Notes under the pieces: model-generated | Databases searched by the model: none | Told to the model about the DNA's origin: nothing | What the model saw: only the letters and a program-made list of their open reading frames with translations | From: Moniliella sp. 'wahieum' | Lineage: Eukaryota | Assembly (NCBI GenBank): GCA_003971905.1 | Contig: RSEE01000098.1 | Coordinates: 124,001 to 188,000, forward strand | Direction: 5' to 3' | DNA length: 64,000 nt | Position numbers and translations under genes: made by a program | Shown here: positions 12,966 through 30,306 of the stretch, one piece after another | Layout: the number at the start of each line of letters is the position of its first letter | Numbering within the stretch: the first letter of the stretch is position 1

Positions 12966-13747
12966 CGTCAGGCTACAGGCTTAGGCGAGCGGTGGTGGGA
13001 AGCTACGCCAGGCAGCCCCGAACGACAGCTGCCCCCTGGGGGGGGGGCGCACGCCGGATTACAATGCGCTTCTCGGCACGGCGCCAGTGTGTGCCCGTGC
13101 CAGCGCCAGCAAAGCGGCTTACCTCACTTGAACATTGCACTCCCACCCTCTGTTTCGCCCTGGGGTGGTCACGTGCCTGCCAGGGCGGGAGTGCGCCTCG
13201 ATGGGCGTCTCCATTCCATTGTCCCTATCGTCATCTCCCAAGGCACCACCCTGCTCACCACCCAGACCGTCGCCACCACGTTCGAGCTGCGCAGGCACTT
13301 GCACATTCCCTTGGTCCTTGGCCTGCTCGGTGGTTCGACATGTGCGGCCGCGCGTGAAGCTTCCAGATGCTGGTCATGACGGCGAAACAGATGCTGATGC
13401 GCCTCGACATGGGCTCTTTGGTCACGCGCCCTTCGTCCTGCCCCACACATCTCTTGCCAACCTACACGGGATTGAATATTGAGTCCTGAACCTGATTACT
13501 GAGTACTGATTGGTGACGCTTGCCAGCCTCGTGGCTGTGCGCGTGGCATACAACGTGTGCGTAGGCGAGAATGGAGGCATGGATGGGCGGAGCAGAAGGG
13601 GAGAAGAGCAGGGTACGGGTCGAGTGGCCAAGGTGGATGAACGGACAACAGGAGCAGGAGGAGAGGGTATCCAGTTAGGAAAACAACCCAATCCAAACAA
13701 GGGAGTGGCATGACCCAAGCGGAAACAGTATTCGCTCCAAAAAAGAA

Positions 13748-13830
13748 AGGTCCCACTGGGATTCGAACCCAGGTTTCAGGAATTTGAAAGCATCAGAATC
13801 CTACTTGCTAACCAACTACAATATGGAACC
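13748..13830 (-). tRNA. tRNA-Gln(CTG) with short intron
   Basis: Reverse complement GGTTCCA..TAGGA-TT-CTG-A..intron..TCCTG..GGTTCGAATCC..TGGGACC, followed by T-rich sequence. Confidence 0.9.
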
Positions 13831-14819
13831 TTGATTGAGAAGAATCAAATTGTAGAGATTATGTACAAGGGGTGGCGGAATCAATTCCTATGTTCCTTCT
13901 CAGAAGCAACACATGTGACAGCAGGGCCAGAAGATGACAGATGACGATGGCGATGACATGCGACAGACAGACTGGCGCTGCATGATGCATGCATGACATG
14001 TGACAAGGGTGGTCAAAGCCGCCGGGTGCGCTGCGCGCTGAGGCTGAGTTGCTTCTTCGGAGAACAGGCGACTGGGGACGCGAGGGCAAAGGGGAAAAGG
14101 GGGGAAAGCAGTTACTCAGGCCTGGGAAGCTGGAAGGCACCAAGGCACAGAATGCACATCCTGCTCATGGCGGCTGACGCGTTGACGTGTGGGCATCGAC
14201 GTGAGGGTTGGGCCGCTGGGGCTGGCCTGGGCGGGGCCGACGCAGCTGGGAAACAGCGTCCAACACGAGCCAGTGCCCAGGCAGTCCACCCAGCTATCAA
14301 GGAAGCAAGCGGTGGCTGGCGTGTGGCTGGCCAGACGCCTCATCCGCCGGTCTTTGGGCGTGTCTTTTCTTCTTCTTCTTCGCCCGGCAGGCCATCGCCC
14401 CCCTATAGTCGCCCTATAGTCGCCCCTATACCCGCAGGGGTCACGCGTCACGCGTAACGCGCGTCGTCTGCCTTGCAGCGGCAAGCAACGCGTGGGAGCA
14501 GCGCTAACTAGTAAATGGACAATGCCCGCCCCAGTGCCACTGTCCACAGCCGGTTGGGGCTAGGGTTGCCGCACCTGTCCACTGTGCTTTCGGCTTGCCG
14601 CATGAACGTTTCAACTCGGCCGCCTCGCCGCCCCGCGCCACGCACACTCGTAGCTGCCCCCGTGCCTGTCGCCACCTCTCCGTATCACCCCCATCACCCC
14701 GATCACCACCACTCCCTTCCCTCTGGCCAGCTCAGCCCGTGTGGTGCTTCTTCTTTCCATCGCCACAGCATTCATCCCACCACCACCACTCCCATCCCCA
14801 CCACCACCACTCCCTTCCT

Positions 14820-14884
14820 CCCCATCCCCATCCCCATCCCCATCCCCATCCCCATCCCCATCCCCATCCCCATCCCCATCCCCA
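14820..14884. repeat. (CCCCAT)10 microsatellite upstream of the histidine kinase
   Basis: Perfect hexamer run read directly. Confidence 0.95.
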
Positions 14885-14960
14885 CCACTCCCTTCCTCCC
14901 CACTCCCACCCAGGGTGCGTCCGAGTGGGCGAGCACACCACACTGTCTTCCCCACCCAGC

Positions 14961-19411
<4,451 letters not shown>

Positions 19412-20663
19412 TCTCATCGACCTCCTGGGCCAAGGTGGGAGGTCAGACTATTTTGTCTTGTTCCTGTCGCGTCGGCCCAGTACATCCAAGTGGATCCGAC
19501 CCAGGTCTCCATACAACATTTTCCTACTCTGTACAAGGTCTCTCTGTACACTACCCACCAGTCGTAGGAGTCGGTTGCCCCCCCCCCCCCCCTTCGCTTT
19601 TTGCCCCTGTCGTTCGGGCACCCCTTCACCATCTTGCTTAGTTGCACTCCTTTCAGCTCCCGCCTCCCCCGTTGGACTGTCCCCTTCCCCCTCTTTTCTC
19701 CGCGCCATCGTGTACAGAAGATACCTCACCGTGTGCCCTTGCAGATGTTGCCACCACCCTCTTCACTCCCCTTTCTTCCCTTCTCTTCCCTTCATTTCCA
19801 TCGCTCCACCCCCGTGCTTTTAGGACGCTTTGCTCTGGCCTCCTGCGCTCCCTCACCATGCAACGCGTCAGGAAGGATGGCAGTCGCGCGTGCACATCTT
19901 TTTCCTATGATGCAAACCAGGGTTTTCCGTCTCGCTCTTTCATGTCTGCAGTGGCAGTCTCGTGCCCCAGGCCAACCATGCATGACACCGCATCGCAATA
20001 CTCTTGTAGTATCGTCGTTTTACTATAGTAGGAACCGGAACACGGGGGGGGGCTTCGTCCATCCGCGCTGGCAATTATAGGGCCGCGGACAAGGAACACT
20101 ATATACTCAGGTTGGAAAGGGTGGTGATCGAGGTAATCCCCCATCAGGTGGAACGTAGGCTTTATACGTTGATACGTTGATACTTCTTTCCCATTCTTGG
20201 GATGCTGACGGCCAGAAACCCCACTATACTCTCTGGTGACCGGTATTTTCACCTAGGGCGTATTATGTGGGAGGGGATCAAAGGGCTGTTATGCACATGT
20301 GCACTGGGCCCGCATGTGTTCGAAGGCCACTGGATACTGTAATAATAACTAAGGCCTGACAATGGAGCACGCGCGTGGCTAGAAGGAACGACGGGGAGAG
20401 TACTAGTAATGAATGCGTCCGTTGGTGCTGGCTTTGTGGGCTGCATTAGGGACAATATTAAGGGCCACGGGAAACCAACAGGTGCTACATCTATACATGT
20501 AACCCTCCGGGCATTGGGGGAAGAGAATGGGAGGTGAAAAGATGGAACACAACGAGGGAATGCAAGCAATCATTCAGTGAGAGAACGTGAGAACAAATAA
20601 GAGAGGACGAAAGAGGGCAACCGTCTGGCTGCCATATGATCCGTGTGCATGATCAACGATCAC

Positions 20664-23600
20664 TTACCCCCGGGCCTGAACGGCCTCAACGGTCTGGGCA
20701 AAATCGTTGGCCCACGCCTGGGAAGCAGCAGGCGAGGCGGCCGAAAGGTAATAGATGGATTTCGAGTCGCGCAGGCGCACCGTTTCGCCTTGTACGGCCA
20801 TCTGTTCGGGCGAGCAGAGGTCGATCAACGCGCGCAGGGTGGGGGGATGGGCGAGGGAGGAGAAGGGTCGTCGGGCGCACAGGGAATCAGGTCCAATCTA
20901 GTCCCTTTGCCTTGTCCGGTGGCCAGGGGCAAAAGGAGCACAAGAAACATCGGTACAGAGCAACAGGGTTACCTGAGCCGCCGTCTCCTCTTGGTCCAAA
21001 ACATCCACCTTGACTGGTTCCTCTTCTGCTGGTGGTGTTGGTGTTGGTGTTGGTGTGGCGGTGGTGGTGATTGTGGTTGTCTCATCCGGCCCCGTTGTTC
21101 CCTCCTCGGCGGCAGAAGGTCGGACATAGGTCTGGGCCAGACGGACAATGCGATGAAGACGCAACGTTCCGTCCCTGACAAGTTTGCGGTGGGGCTGTAC
21201 GAGGAGGCCCATGCGTCCGTGCAAGTACAGACGCCTAAGCGGTCTTGCCAAGCATACAGCCGCCGCTCCCGCTCGGCTTGGCGTTGCGCCTCGTTCATCG
21301 CCTTGGCCATGCGCAGGATACAGCTGAGCGCGGTGGGGACCGCGTGCGCCGGCTGACCTTCGCCCGTCAACCGGCCGGAAGGCAGCGCAGCAGTTCTTCC
21401 AGCATTAGTTGGTAGCGCGGGATTCGCTGCACGGGCAGGAGGAGGTAACTGTGCAGTGCCAAGGACGCGCTGCGCGGGTCGGCCTGGGCGCGCTTCAAGT
21501 ACTTTTGAATGGCTTTGCGCTGCGCAAGCGGTTCGGTCTCGGCCTGGGGGACACGCTGCCGGTTTCAGGAGCAGTAGACGGAGAGACGTGGGACCCCAAA
21601 GCGCCTGACGACGCATTCCATTTGCGCAACGTGCTGGGTCGCGGTTGCGATGTTGCCTTGGTCTTGAGACTCTCCATCCCGCTCGGCAGGGCTGGGACCA
21701 GCGGGCGAGAATGCGCTGCGCCTCGTCGCAGTGGCTCACAAAGGATGCGTACATACGCAACAGCGCAGCATGCTCGACAAATACCGTGGCAGCCGCAACC
21801 GCCGCTAGTACCGACGTTTCCTCCTCCTCCTGTCCCGTCCCCATCGACAACAGAGGCGCCAACGCGTCCCGCAGCGCGGGCAAGAACGCTTCTTGGTGTA
21901 CGTGCAACAGCGATTCAACGTTACCAAATACCATTCGGACCTGCGAAGCCGACACGGGCGATTTGGCGCCCTTGAGCGGGACGAGGTAGACGCTAACCAA
22001 AGCCTGCAACCCTTTGACGTACGACTCTTCCGACCGCAAGAGCTCAAGTAAGATCCGTTGTCGTCGCTCGCTGTCTGGCTTGGCCAACGAACGTACCTGC
22101 GCCACATGGGCCGCTACCTCTGGCTCGCTCGTTCCCATCCATTCGCCCAGCCCGGCCAGGGGGAAGGAGCCTGGCGCAGGTTGACCAGGAAGGCAGGATG
22201 GATCGTTAACTGCCCCGGTACTCGTTCGCTCGAGTGAGGGGGTAGCGGTGAGAGCGACCTGGGTGTGCTGGGGCGCAGAGGGGTGGGTGGGAGCAGGGCA
22301 AGACTCAAGCGGGCAAGACAAGTCTTCCAAATCACGTAGGTACCGGAACAGACCCTGCAACTGGATTTGGTGCTGTTGCTTGCGCCGTTGGGATCGGTCC
22401 GCCTCTTCTTCCGAGACAGATAGCTGGTGCAGGGCTGAATCAAGAAGACCCAGATCGGGGAGACTGGTATTCCCGTCGTGTGACGAGTGAGAAAGAACGG
22501 TGTTGCACCCTGGTTTGACCGCCACCCCAGCTGGCTGCGACAAAGTGGACGAGAAGAGGGTGGTGTGCCTTTCTTCCTCTTCCGTGGCCGGTGGGGTTGC
22601 GAGGCCAAATACAGTTTCGATCGTAGATCCGTCCAATTCGGTCTCGAGGCCCGCACCGGGGGCCTTGTGGGACCGCTTGAGTTTCACTACAAACCGTCGG
22701 CTTTTGCTCTTTTTGAACTGAGGCGTCTTTTCGGGTGCGAGACGAGCGGACCATGCGCTGGGTGGGCCCAAAGGCGCATTGGGACTCTTCGATCGAGCGG
22801 TAGGAAGGGTGGTCATCGATGGCTCCTGGGCGTCTGTGCCGTACGGGCCGAGAGAAGAAGAGGGTGCCAGGGCTCGGCGGCGCAGACACTGGACGTGGAC
22901 AAGGACCCTCGGCCCGACGAAAGCGAAAGCGAAGGGTGGGACGACGAGGCTCGGGCAGAGGAAAGCAGGTGAGAAAGCGTCCGAGGCGAGGACCGCGTCG
23001 GAGCAGAAGCAAGTACCGGCCCCACCACTTCTCTCCACGGTTCCAACAGCGGGTTGCCCTCCAAGTGCAGGACCGAGAGATGGAGGAGCTTGTGCAGCCA
23101 CAGGGGAGGCATGGTCAGACGGTTGTTCTCCAAGCTCAGCACAGTAAGGTGCGGAAGTGAGGCCAATCCGGCAGGCACCTCAGTCGCCCCCGTCGAATCC
23201 CAAATCAAAACTTGGAGGTTGGTCAGCTGATTGAGCCAGGCGGGTGGGCTGCCGAGGGGGGTGCGGGATACGTTGAGTTCGCGCAGCGACGTGCACAGGC
23301 CCAGTGTGGTCGGCATCCGGGTCAGAATGCAGTCGCTCACGTCGAGCGTGAGCAGTGAGCTGGCCATGGTAGGTAACACCACTTGCAGCAACTCCTCGAG
23401 CGGCCCATCGTGTGTGCCGGGGATGTGCAGGTGCTGGATGGGTCCGTCGTGTCCAATTTTGGCCAACGCAATTGCCACCCTCCTTTACCGACTTGTGCTC
23501 CAGGACCACCTTACCCGCCCCAGTGGCAAGCGGGCAGGGCGTCGCTCGTTGCCCCGGATGCAGATGGGCCGCAAGTGGGGACGGTGGGCTCCGGAGATTG

Positions 23601-24145
23601 TCGTCCGGTTCGGGTGGTTCGAGTGCCATGCTCTCGTTGCCTGGACCGACTCGGGGGGGGACGAAGGTCGCTTGATCTCCCACTCCAACTCGCCTTCCTC
23701 ATCGGCCACAATGTCCAGGCCGTAGCGGGGCTCGCACCGTGTCAGCTCAGGAAGTGGCGGGTGCTCGAGGTCAAGGGAGTGCTGTGTGGCGGGGTGGTGG
23801 CACTGTGCACAGTCCAGAGCGAGGCACGGGAGGCGCGGGTGGACGAGCTGTAGCGCGTCGAGCCACTGTACCGGGCGGCACCACCGAAGCGCGAGGCCGG
23901 ATCAGTGGCCTGCGGTGGGGGTTGGTGTGGTAGTGGGACGGGGCGGGGCAGGGGAGTGTACATGAGCGGACGCTTGTCGGCCGTGTCGGGAGGGCGGGGC
24001 GCATGTGGGGCGGGGGCGAGCCTAGCGGCGGCGGGGACAGGTGGCCGTGGATGGGAAGCGACGGTTGGAGGGCAGGCAGCGATGGAGACGCGGTCGCGGT
24101 GGGAGCGCATGAGCCACGGGACGGACTGCGGCTGGGGATGGCCAT
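20664..24145 (-). CDS. Leucine-rich-repeat + RhoGEF (DH) + PH-like domain protein; multiple frameshifts
   Basis: LRRs (LLTLDVSDC, LRELNVSRT, LTVLSLENNRL, LSVLHLEGNP); DH motifs RQRILLELLRSEESYVKGLQAL, VFGNVESLL and minus-strand LLLPVQRIPRY near 21415-21450; downstream LLLCTDV. Confidence 0.85.
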
Positions 24146-27100
24146 GGTTGTGTGTGCCACGAGGAGGAGGAGGAGGAGGGGGGAGGTGGTGGTGGTGGTG
24201 GTGGAGGGGGAGGGGAAGGGGAAGGGAGCGCAGCAGCGAGCAGGAAGAAGAGGCGAACGACCGCCCAACCAAGCGCGCCAGAGCGAAGCAACGCAACGGC
24301 AACGCCCAGGTGCCGGCCTCCCCTGTCTTGCGTGTATCTCAGGTCCCCTGATCGGCCTGGTTAATGATTATCGATTAATGACGTTAATGACTGCTCACCG
24401 GTCGCCGCTCACTGGTCGCCGCTCAGTGCGTCCCAACGCAATAGAGCGCAAAGCTTAAAGCAGAGGAGACGACGCGGAGCACACTGGCGCCGTTCGGGGA
24501 GGATCTGTGCAGGCACAGCAGCACACAGCCGTGGGCGCGGCGCCGCCCGCCCCGCCCGCGCCGTCGTCCCTGTCACCCGGTCGCCGCGTCACCCATCATC
24601 CGTCACACTGTGGCGCCTATCGCCAACGCACAGCGCCAGTGTCGAGGTGCTAGCCACTGACCATCCCGAATCGTCCTCACATCATCTCACACCCCCGCTG
24701 TATAGAAACAGGCAACAAGCGCCTCAGGAACCGTCTACACGTCTGATCAGGAACTGCTGGCCTGCAGACCCTGCCTACCCTGCCTGTCGTCCCTAGGGGG
24801 CTCCTGTTTTCTTTTGCACCGCGTGTGGACATACAAGCGGATGATCGTAGGATCAGTAGTGCGTTGAGCACGGTTGAATGATCGATGAAAACGGTAGGTT
24901 TACGTTGCTGTTGGCCGATCGTTGCGCGTTGACCCGATTGACCACGTTGAACGTTGACACGTTGACCACCATCCCCCCCTCCGCTGAGGCTCAGCACTCA
25001 CAGCCTCAGCGCTGCGCTATAGGGTCGAGGGTCGCACGCCACATGTCACATGTCACATGTCACACATGTCACAACTAAGAAGACCTAAAGATCTTGCCCT
25101 GGCCCTACGGCAGGCCCTGGCCCCACGTCGACTCCACGAGGTTTCCCACCACCCCTTTCCTCGTTTGCCCTATCGGGAAAACTTGTTTTGCGCACAGCGT
25201 ACGCGGTGGGTATATATTGGCGAGACCTGCCTATAGCACCGTGCTCTCGCCTCTCAGATCTGAGATCTGATCCACGACAGCGTTCGGCACGGAGAAGTCG
25301 CCGGACTCGGTGGCAACACGCTCCACCTGCTCCTGTGGCTCCTGAGGTCAGGGCACAGCCTACTGAGTACTGAACGTTCAGTGTGAACGCTGAGCCGCGG
25401 GGAGCAATCCACACCCCATCCCCTAGCTGGGGTGTTCCCTGGCCCCCGTCGGTCCTACTTTTTTTCTTGTCCTAGTACTGTTGCGACGGTAACTGGACTT
25501 CACCGATCGCGGTGCCCTTACGGCCTACTATGCTCACTACCCCCGAGGCTCCGCGGGCTGCCAAGACGCTGATGCAGCGTAACCACGTAAGCCAACGACA
25601 CAGTATTAGCCTTTCCTGCTGCAGTCCTCGTCCTGCTTCCTACGACCAACACCCACCTCTCGCCCGCAATGTCTTTTCCCGCTCTCTATTCACGTGACGC
25701 GTGAAGCTCGACTCCACACTCCATCACAGCAAATGATAGACGGTTGAACGGAATGCGCAGTATGCAATGTTCAATTCGTGGGGGGCCGTGTTACGTAACA
25801 TGCGAGGTCGTGTGGCGCTGCCCCACTGCTGCGCCGCGGGTCGGACTAGCAGTGCCCTGCCGGCTCCACAGCCCCACCAGCTCCACCAGGTCCACCTGGG
25901 CTCTTTCCGTCTCTCGATCTCCGCGCCATCGACCATCGCTCCCGACGTTTGTTGTGTATTGCTTGGGTGCACATGGCGCAGAGTGTGTACGGGTCCATGG
26001 AAAAGAAAAGTCACTCGCTGGTCCTTTCTGTCGGTCGGGTCGACCGGGGTTTTGTGTTCAGAGAAAAATCCGGAGTGTGGGGCCACATATTATCCTTGTG
26101 ACACTGCACCCTCTCTTCGACATCTGTGCATCTCACTGGAGATCACCGCTCAGCGCTTCAGCGCCACAGGCAAACAAACACGCTGACTGCACTTAGTAGT
26201 TGCCACTTCACAAGCTGCAACACTCTCCCCCTCAGTGATACCAAGTTACACCAGTACAAAACATCCCCTCAAAGTTGCCGAGGGCTAGAGTATGGGGTGC
26301 CACTTGGCCCCGCCAGGCTGAGTGGGGCGGGGGAATATGGGCTGTATCTATATACTGTACTAAGGAAGTAAGCAAACCATCGTCACTCGTAGCGCAATAT
26401 GGATTGTGGCTACAAAAAAGTCACAAGACCAAAGGGAGCAGGGGTCTCAGGGAAGAGGAGAAACGTACGTGAGCATTGCAAACTAAGATACTACCAAAGT
26501 GGGGCCAATCGAATCCCATTCTCTTTTGCCACAACGAAGAACTGTGCCACAACGAAGAACTATTAAATACCGAAGTACTATTGGATCCAGTCTTGCCAGA
26601 CGAATAACAAAATGCAAAGCAGGCAAGGAAGTGGAGAACGAAAAGATATGACGCCACACAGCGATGAGGAGGTGCGATACAATGGATGTGGAGACGTCTA
26701 GGACGAACTGCGCTATTCAAATACGTAGCCTAGAGAATGAACTGTACTAGTGCCAGGCGGGTTAGAAGGGGCCACAGCTATTTGGAGGATTCTGTGTGCA
26801 TAACAGCCGAAAGCGGCTGGTATATATTGAACCACACAACGTTCTTCAATTATTAATGAGGGATCAATGACAAACGGATCAATGACGGACAAATTATACG
26901 CCTTTGGCCCTCAGGTGTATACCTTGGTCATGTGGAATGAGCGGTGGCGGTGTGGAGTCAAGTTAAAGAGGGTAGATGTACAGTTTGGTATAGGAGTGAA
27001 GCTTGAAGAAGCAATAGTTCTTCCTTTTAGAGAATGCATTTCGTATGGTGGTGACTGAACCGCATCGGAGCGGATTGAGGTGGGGGAGGGGAACCTTCTC

Positions 27101-29679
27101 CTTGAGACACAAAGGTTGAGAACGGAACTGTTAGAAGCACTACCTCTATAGCAAGTGTTTACATATATCCACAGTTTAAGGCATGTGGTCCTTTTCCAAC
27201 GTTTGTGGTTTCTTTGGGCACAACCTTAACTATCAAGGATTTGAGGTCGCGAAAGATGTGTGAGCACTGAGGGTCAAGGCAAACGGCACCTTTTGAACTG
27301 AGAGAGAATGAAACTCCACTCACAGAGGAATCTGACTGACTGAGATGCTTTCGTGATGTTCTCAGAAAACTTGGGTGTGGAAAGAAGTTTGCACATGATA
27401 CGGTTTCATGAAGGTGCCCAATTATCTGATAGTCCTACCTCCTTTTGTTTGTGTCCCTGCAGTGTTTTGCAGCTTTCGCCCAATGGCGAACCTCAAATCC
27501 CCCATCCCACCTTCTTCTATATACTGGGTCAGATCGTGACATGCACAATGCCTTCTATTATCTATGTAGCAGGCTATACAAGGCGTATAGTCTACAACGC
27601 TCCACAACAATCCTAATAGACGTGATCAAAGCAACCATTCGCGAGCTTCTTCCCGCAACTGTGGACACTAGGGCAGGACAGCTCTCGACTCAAACCTATT
27701 GGCTGATGCGGCATGCCATACGGACTGGTAGTGGGACTGCTGATGAACTGTTTTTTTTTCGCTGTTTTTTTCGTGGCTGGGGTCTCTCGGCATAATAATC
27801 GCCCTGGCTCGCGTCTGGCTGTGAGTGGAATATGTTGCTGTGACTTTCTCTCTGATGCAGGGGGGGGGGGGGGGGGGGGCATATAGTAAGCTAATAACAC
27901 GCTAAAGAAGGAGATAACTGAGCGGACCAGAGCGCAGGAAAGAAGACTTATCACCACACAATAGAGATCAAACACTTGCAAACCGTCCCATTTCATCGGT
28001 ACAGTCACTCCTCTTTGAGGAGTGACCAAGCGTCCTTCTTCTCTCCCTTCACCTGCCCTTTCGTCGGCTGTTCCCTCGCCCTGCCCGCTTTCTGCCTCCC
28101 CACACACATGATGGTACATCGACTGCGTGTCGTTAGAAAATATTGCATCCACACACCTCCATTACGGCACTGCCACGGCTGCAGAGCACCCACTGCCACC
28201 CATGTCCCGCGTTGTCGTCTCGACGGACCGTCAAGGGCATCGGGGGTTCGGATCTATCGACTCTGATTAGCTGAATGCTTTGAGTATGATGAACGGTGTC
28301 ATCGTCCATCAGCTGATGCGCGGAAACGCGGAAGGCGCTTGAACGTTTTGTCATCTATGATTCCGCGGCTATACAGATGCGACACAACAGAGAGTCCATG
28401 TCTGTACTGAGCAACATCCACGATTTCTTGGCCTCGAGTCCACTCCTGGATCAAACTCATCGTGGCCGAATTTCGTTCGCTCTCATTGAGGCATTCCACT
28501 AGTATACAGATGTTACATCGCAGAAAGCGGGGGATAGCCAAGTGAGGCTTACGTGAATGATCGTTCTGGCAGAAAATCATATATTTGAGACGCAAACGAA
28601 TCTGTGAGAAGAGAAGGTGTGTTGAAAATACCGTAAATCAGTGACGACGTCTCATACGTCTCACGTTCTACTTCCCATCACATGTCACATTTTGCATCAG
28701 TGCAGGGCTCCCACAAATCTGCGGTCTTCCCTTACCTGATCGCAGGTCTTCAATGGCAGCGCTTTCTTTTTGCATTTTCTCCACCCTCAGTCCCCTGCTA
28801 TTGGCGTGTTGGGGAGGGTCTCGCGCGACGAATGCAGAAGTCGGATCGAAGAGGGTGTAACAGTCGGGACTAAACGAGGGAGACCAAGGTCCTGTCAGAG
28901 GCGGGGGGAAAGGCAAGATCGTTCGTGGGAGGAAACAGAAGCATCGGGCAGAGAACAGAAGCAAAAGGGAAGGGAAGAGCGAGAGACACAGGATGCAGAA
29001 TTGGACATTGGAGCGAGCTTAGTCATTCGGTGACAGAGGGGGCAGGATGGTCCAAGCACGCCGATATATATAAGCATCACTGGTAGCATTGTCACACTCA
29101 TCACGACAAAGAGAGTACACTTTTGCCGTCTTTCTCAGGGATCTCACGGGCCACATCCGTGCACTCATCAAATTGTGAGTCCTGAGTCAATTTGACGGTG
29201 TAACTTCGGGAGACTCACATCGATACTCTGATAAATGTCCGTGTGCTGGTCTGAGAAGCTAAGAGAAGAGGAGCGCGCGAGATGCGTGTGGAAAAGAGCC
29301 CCCCCACCCCACCCTCTCCTCCCCCATCCTGTTGGCTTGACCGTTTACCCCCTGTTGTGATTAATTGTGGTCGCCGCCGACCCTATAAACTCGGGCATCA
29401 CATGTTTTTTTTCTGACAAGTATCCCTTTTTAGTCGACTGCAACTGAGGTTGTGAATCCTCTGCCAAGTAATGAAGGCCCTCTTGTTTGTCCCTTGGAAG
29501 GGCAAAGAAGAGGTGTGCACAGTGTGGCAATTTAAAAGCTCAGATCCTTCTACTCTCCTTTCTACTCCAACGGGTCTTCTATACCACATACCACCACAAC
29601 CTTTCTTCGCTACGAAAACGGGCAGTTTTTCATCTTGTGGCCTGTTCAGAGCTGCTTTTATCCCTGCCGCGTTTCTACT

Positions 29680-30306
29680 GATGCGCTTCTCTTCTCATTC
29701 GTGCGACGACCAGAACGATCTGGAGAACCGGTTCGCAAATCGAGCCGACGAGAGAAACAAGGAACCAGAAGAGATGGTGGATGCTGGGTACAGCGATCTG
29801 GACTGTTGCATTTGTCTCCATCCCCCGAACCAACTGTTTGGGCTGTTGGATTGCTGCGAGCACGCATTTGTTGGACGTGCATTCGGCTGTGGCGTGCCAT
29901 GCCGCGCGACGAAGGACGCCCAGGAGAATGGGAATGGGAAGGCGAGGGGGAGGGCAAGGGCAAGCAAGGGCGTCGGCCCAAATGGGGATCAAGACCAAGG
30001 GGATCGGCACCGACAGTGTCCCACATGTGGACGGCATGCCAAGGCGGTGATGCCATCAGATGTGTTGGTGACAGGGGCCGAGAAGCAAGCGATGATGCGG
30101 TGGTTTATGATTGGTTCCGTCGTCAGTGCGGGAGGTATGGCCAGTATGTCGATGTCGAGGATGCGTACGACGCTTATTATGACAACCGTGTCCCACGCCG
30201 GAATCAGCTCCCAGGAGTGTACCCGCCCGACGGCAAGATGACCGCCGTTACCAGCTTGTACCGCTCCTTTTGCCTGGACCACAAAGGCTATTACGTGTCC
30301 AAGTAA
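29680..30306 (+). CDS. Small makorin-type C3HC4 RING finger protein (putative E3 ligase); frameshifted, may be a pseudogene
   Basis: Joining frames gives [31 protein letters not shown]...CPTCGRHAKAVMPS..GAEK, matching the makorin RING signature. Confidence 0.7.
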   Translation, partial: [208 protein letters not shown]

